Source of the DNA: Spirochaetota bacterium
GTDB lineage: Bacteria; Spirochaetota; B62-G9; DRHN01
Reading direction: 5' to 3'
Length of the DNA: 64,000 nucleotides
Assembly (NCBI GenBank): GCA_020342115.1
Contig: CP070841.1
Location: forward strand, 3,421,531-3,485,530
Below the pieces are notes generated by a model. That model made no database searches, was not told where the DNA came from, and was given only the letters and a program-made list of their open reading frames with translations. Positions 1-8,319 of this stretch are shown piece after piece (within the stretch, counting starts at the first letter, position 1; each line of letters begins with the position of its first letter). The translations under genes were made by a program, and so were the position numbers.

Positions 1-8
1 AGTTATAA

Positions 9-96
9 GGAGAGGTGCGAGAGCGGCCGAATCGGGCTCCCTGCTAAGGAGTTGTGCTCATTGCGGGCACCGTGGGTTCGAATCCCACCCTCTCCG
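9..96 (+). tRNA. tRNA-Ser (anticodon GCU)
   Basis: Cloverleaf read by eye. Acceptor GGAGAGG/CCTCTCC, anticodon loop CTGCTAA, long variable arm, T-loop GGTTCGAATCC, discriminator G. No encoded CCA. Confidence 0.85.
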
Positions 97-104
97 ATAT
101 TTGT

Positions 105-177
105 GTGCCCATAGCTCAGTGGACAGAGCATTGGATTGCGGATCCAAGGGTCGGAGGTTCAAATCCTCTTGGGCACG
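105..177 (+). tRNA. tRNA-Arg (anticodon GCG as encoded)
   Basis: 73 nt with canonical numbering. Acceptor GTGCCCA/TGGGCAC, D-loop AGTGGACA (A20), anticodon stem TTGGA/TCCAA, loop TTGCGGA so positions 34-36 are GCG, T-loop GGTTCAAATCC. Confidence 0.8.
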
Positions 178-269
178 ACATTTTCTATGTTTTTGGTGTA
201 ATTGCACCAGGAACTAATTTACCTCATATATGCTTCTAAAAAAAGAAGGACAACGCTTAAAGTCTCAAT

Positions 270-356
270 GGAGAGGTGCGAGAGTGGTTTAATCGGGCGG
301 TCTCGAAAACCGTTGTTCCCTTTCGGGAACCGTGGGTTCAAATCCCACCCTCTCCG
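270..356 (+). tRNA. tRNA-Ser (anticodon CGA)
   Basis: Same acceptor as the first tRNA-Ser. Anticodon stem GCGGT/ACCGT, loop CTCGAAA, long variable arm, T-loop GGTTCAAATCC. Confidence 0.85.
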
Positions 357-377
357 AGCTAATCAAGTTACCTTAGC

Positions 378-1154
378 TTGAAAAGGTACCCCATGGGAAG
401 AGCAATTATAGTGGCAAATCAGAAAGGAGGGGTTGGAAAAACAACAACGGTTGTTAATTTATCCGCTTATGTAGCTAGATATGGTAGAAAAACACTTGTC
501 ATTGATCTGGATTCACAGGGAAACAGCTGTTCTGGTCTTGGAATGGGTAAAGATGGAAGTAAAAAGGGATTGTATGAAGCACTCATGGGGATGGTTGAAG
601 TAAATAAAATCATATATCCGACAGGATTAGAGAATTTACACATCATGCCTTCCAATATCAACCTTTCGGGTGCACAGGTTGAGCTAGTTAATATGACAGA
701 GAGGGAATACAAACTCAAGAGAATAGTTGATGCTGTAAAGAATAGTTATGATTTTATCTTTATCGACTCACCACCATCACTCGGTCTTCTCACTATAAAC
801 GGGCTTGTTGCTTCTGACTCAGTTATCATTCCAATACAATGTGAGTATTATGCCCTCGAAGGGCTCAGCCAGTTATTAAAAACAATCAACCTGGTCAAAC
901 TGCGGCTTAATTCTACCCTGAGACTCGAAGGGGTGCTTTTAACAATGTACGATACGAGAAACAACCTCTCAAAACAGGTGATGGAGGAAGTGATTGCATA
1001 TTTTAAGAATAAGGTATATAAAACAGTAATACCCAGGAATGTAAAGCTTGCAGAAGCTCCGAGCTTCGGGCAACCCATAAGTACATACGATCCCAACAGC
1101 ATAGGAGCAGTCAGTTACTTTAATCTCTCAAAGGAACTAATTGAAAATGGGTAA
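378..1154 (+). CDS. parA: ParA/Soj chromosome partitioning ATPase
   Basis: 258-aa ORF with deviant Walker A KGGVGKTTT. ParA-like throughout and immediately upstream of parB. ATG at 393 is the more likely start. Confidence 0.9.
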   Translation: MKRYPMGRAIIVANQKGGVGKTTTVVNLSAYVARYGRKTLVIDLDSQGNSCSGLGMGKDGSKKGLYEALMGMVEVNKIIYPTGLENLHIMPSNINLSGAQVELVNMTEREYKLKRIVDAVKNSYDFIFIDSPPSLGLLTINGLVASDSVIIPIQCEYYALEGLSQLLKTINLVKLRLNSTLRLEGVLLTMYDTRNNLSKQVMEEVIAYFKNKVYKTVIPRNVKLAEAPSFGQPISTYDPNSIGAVSYFNLSKELIENG

Positions 1155-2076
1155 AACTAAAAGAGCACTTGGTAAGGGATTGGATGCCCTTTTTTCAGAA
1201 CCTTTTGAAACAGAGATAGCAGGGGAAAGTGTTAAAAGCATACCGATAAATCGTATAGTATCTAAAAAGGAACAACCAAGGAGAGAGTTTGACAGAGATA
1301 AGATTGAAGAGCTGGCCAGGTCTATTCAGGGGAATGGAATTATACAGCCTATTGTGGTGAGAAGCTCAGGGCAGAACTATGAGCTTGTTGTTGGAGAGCG
1401 AAGGGTGAGGGCCGCAAAGAGAGTTGGGCTCCTGGAAATACCCGCTATAGTAAAAGATTACCCTGATAGTAAAATATTTGATATTGCGCTCATAGAAAAT
1501 ATTCAGAGGGAAGACCTTAATCCCATTGAAGAAGCAGATGCGTACAGGATAATCCTCGAAAGAGATATGATCACACAGGAGGAGCTTTCAAAGAGGCTTG
1601 GGAAGTCGAGAAGTTATATAGCAAATATGATAAGGATTCTCGATCTGCCTGATAAAATTAAGACGTATGTTTCACGTGGAACAATATCTGTAGGCCAGGC
1701 CAAAGCACTGCTCAGTCTCAAGAATCAAGAGCAAAGGCTCAAACTTGTAGAACGTATAATTAATGACAAACTCTCAGTAAGAGATGTGGAGAGGATGACA
1801 AAGCGCAGAGATGTTCCACGTGGAACAAAGGTGAGTGAAAAGGAACCATTCATTGAGGAGCTAGAGGATCAGCTAAGGGAGAGGTTCGGCACAAAAGTAG
1901 TTATTGACTACAGGAAGGGCAGGGGTACAATTAAAATAGAGTTCTATTCAAACGATGAGCTCGACCGAATTATTGAGGAGATGAGAAAGCGAGAACCGAG
2001 ATACATACTGGCTCTCCAATATATACAGTTTGCAGGGGAACAAACCTTCGTTTTCTTTCGATACATGTTGCTGTAA
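1141..2076 (+). CDS. parB: ParB/Spo0J partition protein
   Basis: 311-aa ORF overlapping the parA stop. ParB box GERRVRAAK. Contains two parS-like palindromes. Confidence 0.9.
   Translation: MKMGKTKRALGKGLDALFSEPFETEIAGESVKSIPINRIVSKKEQPRREFDRDKIEELARSIQGNGIIQPIVVRSSGQNYELVVGERRVRAAKRVGLLEIPAIVKDYPDSKIFDIALIENIQREDLNPIEEADAYRIILERDMITQEELSKRLGKSRSYIANMIRILDLPDKIKTYVSRGTISVGQAKALLSLKNQEQRLKLVERIINDKLSVRDVERMTKRRDVPRGTKVSEKEPFIEELEDQLRERFGTKVVIDYRKGRGTIKIEFYSNDELDRIIEEMRKREPRYILALQYIQFAGEQTFVFFRYMLL
1668..1683. other. parS-like centromere site 1 (TGTTTCACGTGGAACA)
   Basis: 15/16 match to the recalled consensus TGTTTCACGTGAAACA. Lies inside the parB coding region. Confidence 0.75.
1812..1827. 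other. parS-like centromere site 2 (TGTTCCACGTGGAACA)
   Basis: Perfect 16-bp palindrome, 14/16 to the parS consensus, 144 bp downstream of site 1 inside parB. Confidence 0.7.
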
Positions 2077-2104
2077 AAAATCAAGTATACTCTATGATTG
2101 GCAG

Positions 2105-3160
2105 ATGAACAGTTTTACAAGGATAGTGAATAGATTGGGTGGCGCTCTGGATAACCGATCTGTTGAAGTTTTAATCCATGAAGAATTGGAGAAGCATTTT
2201 GCAGGTAATAAGAGAACCGTGCTCTATGTTGGTGCGAGATATGATTATGGAAACAGGGATTGGGGGTTGAGCTTTGAGCACTATAATTTCTATCACACAC
2301 TACTCAACATGGGATTAATGAGTGACTACTCGTTGATATATTTCGACTATGATCGTTTACTCCACCGATACGGAAAATCCACAATGAGCAATATGTTGCG
2401 ACAGGCGGTATATTATTATCGTCCAGACATAATTTTTTATTTTCACTATCTCGATTGGGTCGAGCATGTTGTCTGGAAAGAGATTTCAGATATGCTTCAC
2501 GCCAATACGATTATATGGCTTGCTGATGATCACTGGAGATATGAGCAGACCAGACCTGTCTGGGAAAACTTCAACTATGTGGTTACCACTCATAGAGGAG
2601 GTTATGAGAAAAGAGTGGAAGAGGGGTTCGATTCAGTACTCATGAGTCAGTGGGGATGCAACCATTTTCTCTATGGAAAAATGGATGTTCCTAAAATTTA
2701 TGATATGAGTTTTGTCGGACGTTTCTATGGCGAGAGGGGGGAATTTATAGATACTATCAGAAAGTCCGGTATTGAGGTTTCCACCTTTGGACAGGGGTGG
2801 GACAAGGGAACGAGGGTTTACCAGTCGGATCTTATAAGAATATATAATGAAAGCAGGATAGCACTCAATATATCTGCTGCACTGAAGGGAGAAAAGGTGC
2901 AGGTGAAAGGAAGGGATTTTGAAGCCCCGGGATGTGGATGTCTTCTCCTCACTAAGGACTCTGAAGAGATATCGAATTATTTTGAAACTGGAAAAGAAAT
3001 AGTCACCTATGAGGATGCAGAAGATGCCGCAAGAAAGGCGGAGTACTATTTAAAGCACGAAGAGCAGAGAGTGCGTATTGCACAAAATGGGTTTGAGAGA
3101 GTTTTGCGAGATCACACAATGGAAAAACGCATTTTAGATATTTTTAATAATATTACTTAA
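2105..3160 (+). CDS. CgeB-like / group-1-type glycosyltransferase
   Basis: The C-terminal half (GRDFEAPGCGCLLLT...YEDAEDAARK...RIAQNGFERV) resembles Glyco_trans_1_2/CgeB proteins. The ORF opens at 2030 overlapping parB; ATG 2105 is taken as the start. Confidence 0.6.
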   Translation: MNSFTRIVNRLGGALDNRSVEVLIHEELEKHFAGNKRTVLYVGARYDYGNRDWGLSFEHYNFYHTLLNMGLMSDYSLIYFDYDRLLHRYGKSTMSNMLRQAVYYYRPDIIFYFHYLDWVEHVVWKEISDMLHANTIIWLADDHWRYEQTRPVWENFNYVVTTHRGGYEKRVEEGFDSVLMSQWGCNHFLYGKMDVPKIYDMSFVGRFYGERGEFIDTIRKSGIEVSTFGQGWDKGTRVYQSDLIRIYNESRIALNISAALKGEKVQVKGRDFEAPGCGCLLLTKDSEEISNYFETGKEIVTYEDAEDAARKAEYYLKHEEQRVRIAQNGFERVLRDHTMEKRILDIFNNIT

Positions 3161-3213
3161 TACAGATAATAATTGTTTTATAAAGCAATAGTTGTAAGGA
3201 TTAGGTGCTTTTC

Positions 3214-3927
3214 ATGTCAGGATTTTTTAGACTGTTTAGTTTTCTGAAAGAATTTTCACAGTTTAGGAGAATTGAAAAACCACGTAGTCCCCGTTTTCCT
3301 CTGAGATGGACAGATCTCTATCCATGTCTCCGTGATCGAACCGCTTCTTCGCATTTTGATCATCATTATGTTTACCATACTTCATGGGCAGCGAGAATAC
3401 TCGCACAAACGATGCCTGAATTACATATAGACTTTGCATCTGATCTTCGTTTCGCAACTATCATTTCAGCATTCATTCGGGTACAATACTACGATTACCG
3501 TCCAGCTCAGATAAATTTGCATAACCTCTCTTCACACTATGTAGACATACTCTCTCTCCCCTTTGCCACGGGAAGTGCAAGATCGGTTTCCTGTATGCAT
3601 GTTGTGGAGCATATAGGACTTGGAAGATACGGTGAATCCCTCGACTATGATGGTGACCTTAAGGCAATAGGAGAGCTAAAGAGGATTCTTGGAAATGATG
3701 GAAATCTTTTATTCGTCGTTCCTGTTGGAGAACCAAGAATTAAATTTAATGCACACCGTATCTATTCCTACGAACAGATTATAGATTATTTTTCTGGTCT
3801 TGAACTCAAGGAGTTCTCCCTCATTCCTGATAATGGTCAAAATGGATTGATACGCAAGGCATCACCTATGATCGCGAATGAGCAGAAGTATGGCTGTGGA
3901 TGTTTTTGGTTTACCCGGGTTGGATAA
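3214..3927 (+). CDS. DUF268-like class I SAM-dependent methyltransferase
   Basis: HVVEHIGLGRYGESLDYDGDL...LLFVVPVG...FNAHRIYSY matches my recollection of the DUF268 signature. Its stop overlaps the next gene's ATG (TAATG). Confidence 0.55.
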   Translation: MSGFFRLFSFLKEFSQFRRIEKPRSPRFPLRWTDLYPCLRDRTASSHFDHHYVYHTSWAARILAQTMPELHIDFASDLRFATIISAFIRVQYYDYRPAQINLHNLSSHYVDILSLPFATGSARSVSCMHVVEHIGLGRYGESLDYDGDLKAIGELKRILGNDGNLLFVVPVGEPRIKFNAHRIYSYEQIIDYFSGLELKEFSLIPDNGQNGLIRKASPMIANEQKYGCGCFWFTRVG

Positions 3928-5660
3928 TGAAGAGGTATGAAAAAACACCCTATCTTACTGAGCAGATAATACCCTATATAGGCAACAAGAGGAGGCTTTT
4001 ACCACTGATAGAGGGTGCAGTCAGGTTGGTGCTGGAAGATAAGAGCGAAGATTTCGGAAGAAAGAGATTTCTGGACCTTTTTGCCGGAAGTGGCATTGTC
4101 TCACGTCTTGCAAAGCACCTGGGTTTCGAGGTGCATGCAAATGACTGGGAGTACTACTCATATGTACTTACCTATGCATTTCTCTGTATAAATGAAAAAG
4201 AGCTTGGAGGCATGTATAGTCGGTTAGATGGCTTGAAGAAGGCCATCTCATACTTGAATAATCTCCCGCAGCCTGACCAGGAAGATGAGTATATTGCCAG
4301 ATATTTTTGTCCGAGAGATGATTCTAGTCCTGACTATAAAACCGAGCGACTTTTTTATACACGTTACAACGGTCTTATGATCGATAAGATAAGAAATGAG
4401 ATTGAATCGATCTATCCTGAAGAAGAGGTAGCTAGCAATCATACACTATTCAGGGAGAAAGTACTTCTTTTAGCCCTTCTTTTATACCAGGCTGCAACCC
4501 ATACAAACACTTCAGGAGTGTTCAAGGCTTTTCACAAGGGGTTTGGAGGACACTCGGGAGATGCGCTTGGAAGGATTATGAAGCCAATATCTGTTGTATA
4601 TCCTTCTCTCATCGATTCCAATTGCAGGATGGATGTATATAAAGAGGATGCGAATCAGCTTTTAAAAAGAGATTTCTTTTCTGAAAACAGGTTTGATATT
4701 GTTTATGTTGATCCACCCTATAATCAGCACCAATATGGAAGTAATTATCATCTTCTCAATACGATTGCTCTGTGGGATGGAATCCCCTTAAACAAGATTA
4801 TTTCAATTGATGGAGAAAAGAAAAACAGAGCAGGAATTAGAAAGGACTGGGTAAATACGAAGTCGGATTATTGTTACAGTGAGAAAGCAGATAGTGTTTT
4901 CGAAGACCTTATTGAACATGTAAACTCAAGATTCATTCTTATCAGCTATAGCACAGAGGGGACAATACCATTTGAAATGATGATTCAGGTATGTGCGCGA
5001 AAAGGAAAGATAAGTCTTCTTACCAATGAATATGTGAAGTACCGAGGTGGGAGACAGAGCCTGCGACGTTTAAATAACAATATTGAGTTTGTAATAATTA
5101 TAGATACAGAACGCAGAAGTGTGAAAAAAGATATTGAGAGAATTGATGATGTCATCACACACCGAAAGCTTCTTCTCCAGCTTAAGCGAGGCTATTGTAA
5201 GAGTAGACTGAAGAATCACTTTAAGATAAACGAGGAAAGCGGCTGCATAGGATATTCATTCAATGGTAGTGCAATATGGCTAAAAACAAGAGGGTTCTAC
5301 AGGATAGACGGTGAGAGAGTAGGAAAAGAGATCGATGGCTATGACCTGAATAAAAAGCAGAAGATGGAATTAAAAAGAGAGCTTATTGAGAGATTGCTTT
5401 TATGTGAATGCAAGGATAAAACTGAGGAAATCGATGAGGTTATAAGGATCATCGATGAGCAGGGTGAGGATGCTGTCTATTTCAATTCCTTACTTCCGGA
5501 TCTTCTCAAGAAGATATGTCACAAGAAATACCAGGAGCTCTTTTTTCAATATCTTGAGAAGATAAGGACCCTTCAGGAAAGATTCCCTTCGATATACAGG
5601 AAGATTGAAACAAAAATAGATGCTCTTGAGGAGTTGGGCATGAAACGGTTCTACGGGTAG
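3927..5660 (+). CDS. D12-class N6-adenine DNA methyltransferase with about 190-aa C-terminal extension
   Basis: Motif order is IIPYIGNKRRLL, then FAGSG (SAM binding), then DPPYNQHQY (catalytic DPPY). The last about 190 aa have no motif I recognise. Start taken at MKRYEK (3927). Confidence 0.8.
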   Translation: MKRYEKTPYLTEQIIPYIGNKRRLLPLIEGAVRLVLEDKSEDFGRKRFLDLFAGSGIVSRLAKHLGFEVHANDWEYYSYVLTYAFLCINEKELGGMYSRLDGLKKAISYLNNLPQPDQEDEYIARYFCPRDDSSPDYKTERLFYTRYNGLMIDKIRNEIESIYPEEEVASNHTLFREKVLLLALLLYQAATHTNTSGVFKAFHKGFGGHSGDALGRIMKPISVVYPSLIDSNCRMDVYKEDANQLLKRDFFSENRFDIVYVDPPYNQHQYGSNYHLLNTIALWDGIPLNKIISIDGEKKNRAGIRKDWVNTKSDYCYSEKADSVFEDLIEHVNSRFILISYSTEGTIPFEMMIQVCARKGKISLLTNEYVKYRGGRQSLRRLNNNIEFVIIIDTERRSVKKDIERIDDVITHRKLLLQLKRGYCKSRLKNHFKINEESGCIGYSFNGSAIWLKTRGFYRIDGERVGKEIDGYDLNKKQKMELKRELIERLLLCECKDKTEEIDEVIRIIDEQGEDAVYFNSLLPDLLKKICHKKYQELFFQYLEKIRTLQERFPSIYRKIETKIDALEELGMKRFYG

Positions 5661-5741
5661 ATATACTCTTCAAATACAACGAGGTCTTTTTTCTCCTTCT
5701 GCTTACGTAAAAGGGGCTGGAGTTGATCAAGGGGAATAGGA

Positions 5742-6584
5742 TTACCCCTCATTTGTAACCGGCTCTTTCTTCTCCACAGAATCATTCGTTAAAGTAGGTA
5801 GTTCGTCTAACGGGATCTGAATATAGATATCATCCTCTGTCTTGAGTGTTCCTATCATCTTGAGTATGTTTATTTCGGTAAGGGTAACCTTTTTGTCTTC
5901 ATAATCGATGGTGCTGCCTTCTGACGGAAACATTTTCTTTATTTCACAGTAGCAGTCGTGCTCGTATGCGAGACAGCAGAGAAGCCTCCCGCATGCACCC
6001 GAGATCTTCGATGAGTTTAGTGTAAGGTTCTGGTCTTTTGCCATTTTTATGGTAACAGGTTTCAGCTCGTTCTTAACTGTATTACAGCAGAAGTCTCTGC
6101 CGCATATTCCGAATCCTTTAACGATCTTAGCCTCGTCGCGTGCTCCTATCTGCCTGAGCTCAATACGCTTTTTGAACACCGAGGCAAGGTCCTTTACGAG
6201 TTCCCTAAAATCAACTCTCTCATCGGCTGTGAAGTTAAAGATTATCTTGTTGTCATCCATGAAGTAGTGTATATTAACGAGTTTCATATCGAGGTTATGC
6301 TTTTTGATCTTTTCCAGTGTGATATTGAAAGCCTCTTCTTCGCGCTTTTCATTTTCCTTTATCTTTGTGAGATCATCCTCGTTGCATACTCGAATTATCT
6401 TTCCAACCTGTACATCTTCAGGCACTGTATAGGTGATACCTGATACGGATGCTATTTCAGGACCATTTTCTGTTTCGATGATTATTAAATATCCCTTTGC
6501 TATCTCGAAATCGGGTAATTCAAAAAAATGCGTTGCATTGTTATAGATAAGTTTTGCAACGACAAGACCTTTATCATCAGACAT
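5742..6584 (-). CDS. yaaT: PSP1-domain protein YaaT/RicT-like
   Basis: 280 aa. Cys-rich C-terminal part (CGRDFCC...CGRLLCCLAYE) is typical of YaaT. Sits downstream of tmk-yaaR as in Bacillus. Confidence 0.8.
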   Translation of the reverse strand: MSDDKGLVVAKLIYNNATHFFELPDFEIAKGYLIIIETENGPEIASVSGITYTVPEDVQVGKIIRVCNEDDLTKIKENEKREEEAFNITLEKIKKHNLDMKLVNIHYFMDDNKIIFNFTADERVDFRELVKDLASVFKKRIELRQIGARDEAKIVKGFGICGRDFCCNTVKNELKPVTIKMAKDQNLTLNSSKISGACGRLLCCLAYEHDCYCEIKKMFPSEGSTIDYEDKKVTLTEINILKMIGTLKTEDDIYIQIPLDELPTLTNDSVEKKEPVTNEG

Positions 6585-6593
6585 TACGATACC

Positions 6594-7052
6594 TCACTTG
6601 TAGAGATCTATGAGTAACCCTCTTATTTCATCGAGGGTTTCAAGAAGGTTAATGTTTTCGATCTGCTGGGAGAGTACGAGCTTGGTCAGAGCAGCAAGTT
6701 TTTCATCTATAACTCTTGATACTGTGTATATTTTCTGCTTCCATTTACCTCCGGTGTAGTGTTCCAATGAGAACATACGATCTGTCACATACTTCAAAAA
6801 CTCTCTAATCATTGATTTGTAATGCTTCAGTTCTTCATAATTGGGATTCTCATAAAACTTCTCTCCCTGGCGTGTAATCTCCTGCACGAGCTTATCGAAT
6901 TCTATATGAATTTCCTCAACCTCTGCGAGCTTGAGCTCATCATAGAACCTTGAATGAACTAAATTGATGGACGATGAAACTTTTTTCTTTCCTTTCTTAC
7001 CCTTTACACTGAGGCTTTTTTTATCCCTGTCAGTCTTTTCTATCTCAATCAT
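6594..7052 (-). CDS. yaaR: YaaR/DUF327 family protein
   Basis: 152 aa, helical. Its position between tmk and yaaT matches the conserved tmk-yaaR-(holB)-yaaT neighbourhood. Confidence 0.6.
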   Translation of the reverse strand: MIEIEKTDRDKKSLSVKGKKGKKKVSSSINLVHSRFYDELKLAEVEEIHIEFDKLVQEITRQGEKFYENPNYEELKHYKSMIREFLKYVTDRMFSLEHYTGGKWKQKIYTVSRVIDEKLAALTKLVLSQQIENINLLETLDEIRGLLIDLYK

Positions 7053-7695
7053 GTTCTATCCTCCTTTTTGCCTCCCGGTATATTCGATCGCTAACCTCTT
7101 CTATACTTTTTTGTTGCGGAAGGACAACAAAGATACTTTTAAACTGTCGCGCAATCCTGAGGTAACCTTCTCGCACCTTTTCCTGGAATTCGATTCCTTC
7201 TCTCTCAATTCGATCACCATTATGATAGCTCGAAGCTACTTGAGAGCTTTGTTTTGCCTTTGAGAGACCATATTCAGGGCTGCAATCAAGATAGAACACG
7301 ACGTCAGGGATGATATCATTCACTGCAAACATGTTGAGTTTTGTTAATAGCTTGTAGGGTAGAAGCTTTCTCGCGATTCCCTGATACACTAAAGTGGAAT
7401 AGAAATATCTCGAGCAGATCACAACCTTTCCATCATTCAATGCAGGTTCAATGACTTTGTTGACATGTTCGGCTCTGTCAGCAAGAAACAGAAAGAGTTC
7501 TGTTTTTTTTGATATTTCCATTTTGGGATTGAGAATTGTATCCCGAAGGATTCTCCCTGCATCGGTTCCGCCAGGTTCCTCTGTAACCATACAGTGGTGC
7601 CCATCCTGCATGAGATGTTTCGATAAGAGCTTAACCTGAGTCGATTTTCCTGATCCGTCAGGGCCCTCGAATACTATAAAAAACCCCTCTCTCAA
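7045..7695 (-). CDS. tmk: Thymidylate kinase
   Basis: FIVFEGPDGSGKSTQ P-loop and Tmk-like length (216 aa). Confidence 0.9.
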   Translation of the reverse strand: MREGFFIVFEGPDGSGKSTQVKLLSKHLMQDGHHCMVTEEPGGTDAGRILRDTILNPKMEISKKTELFLFLADRAEHVNKVIEPALNDGKVVICSRYFYSTLVYQGIARKLLPYKLLTKLNMFAVNDIIPDVVFYLDCSPEYGLSKAKQSSQVASSYHNGDRIEREGIEFQEKVREGYLRIARQFKSIFVVLPQQKSIEEVSDRIYREAKRRIEHD

Positions 7696-7752
7696 TGTAC
7701 TTCCTCTTTGATTTTAGATAATGGAAAGGTCTTAGTGGTTAGTGGGGATTAT

Positions 7753-8250
7753 TTAGGTTATCTTTGTTTTCTCAACTGTCTCAGCTACTTGGTTGAATGT
7801 ATGAGTAACTATAGCCTCGCTGCTTTTTGTATCATCTTCCTTTTTTAAAGGAGCTGTCTCTTCAAAATATTGATCTTTTATCTTTTTCAATCTATCTTTA
7901 TCCTCGATTATCTCACAGGTGCCATCGAATATTACACCCTCTTCGATCACAAGACGCGGTGTTATTATATTTCCGATGAGCTCTCCGGTGGATAAAAGTG
8001 TTATCCTCTCTGAAGCTATCAGTGATCCCTTTACTTTCCCCCCAATTACTATTGTCCCTGCAAAAATATCACATTCAGCGATACCATTTTTTCCCACTAA
8101 AACTTTTCCGTTTGTCTTAACCTTCCCATAAAAAAATCCGTCAATTCTTAATAGACCGTTGAGGTCAAACTCCCCTTTTAGAGTGGTTCCTTCCCCGATA
8201 ATACTGTTGACAAAAGCATCCTCGTGAGAATATTGAGCACTTTTTTCCAT
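7753..8250 (-). CDS. Bactofilin (polymer-forming cytoskeletal protein)
   Basis: Beta-helical repeat pattern (GEGTTLKGEF..LRIDGFFYGKV..GKVLVGKNG..IVIGGKVKGSL) plus an acidic tail. Start taken at MEKSAQ. Confidence 0.8.
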   Translation of the reverse strand: MEKSAQYSHEDAFVNSIIGEGTTLKGEFDLNGLLRIDGFFYGKVKTNGKVLVGKNGIAECDIFAGTIVIGGKVKGSLIASERITLLSTGELIGNIITPRLVIEEGVIFDGTCEIIEDKDRLKKIKDQYFEETAPLKKEDDTKSSEAIVTHTFNQVAETVEKTKIT

Positions 8251-8319
8251 TGTTCTATGATTGACGGGTAAATATGAATATATAATATAATAGCTTTTAA
8301 CGATAGACAAAGGTGAAAT

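Noticed and set aside
54-239. 61-aa ORF across the first two tRNAs, and the 87-aa ORF at 30124-30387 across tRNA-Ala.
   Set aside because: They are translations of tRNA genes and spacers, not coding regions.
2030-2104. Using the full six-frame ORF starts for several genes: 2030 for the glycosyltransferase, 3900 for the DNA methyltransferase, 8310 for bactofilin, 26170 for the PEGA protein, 40957 for aor, 42261 and 43758 for the FAD/FeS genes, and 50426 for copA.
   Set aside because: In each case the extension overlaps an upstream gene, a hairpin or an operator. An internal ATG preceded by a GGAG-type RBS gives an N-terminus typical of the family.
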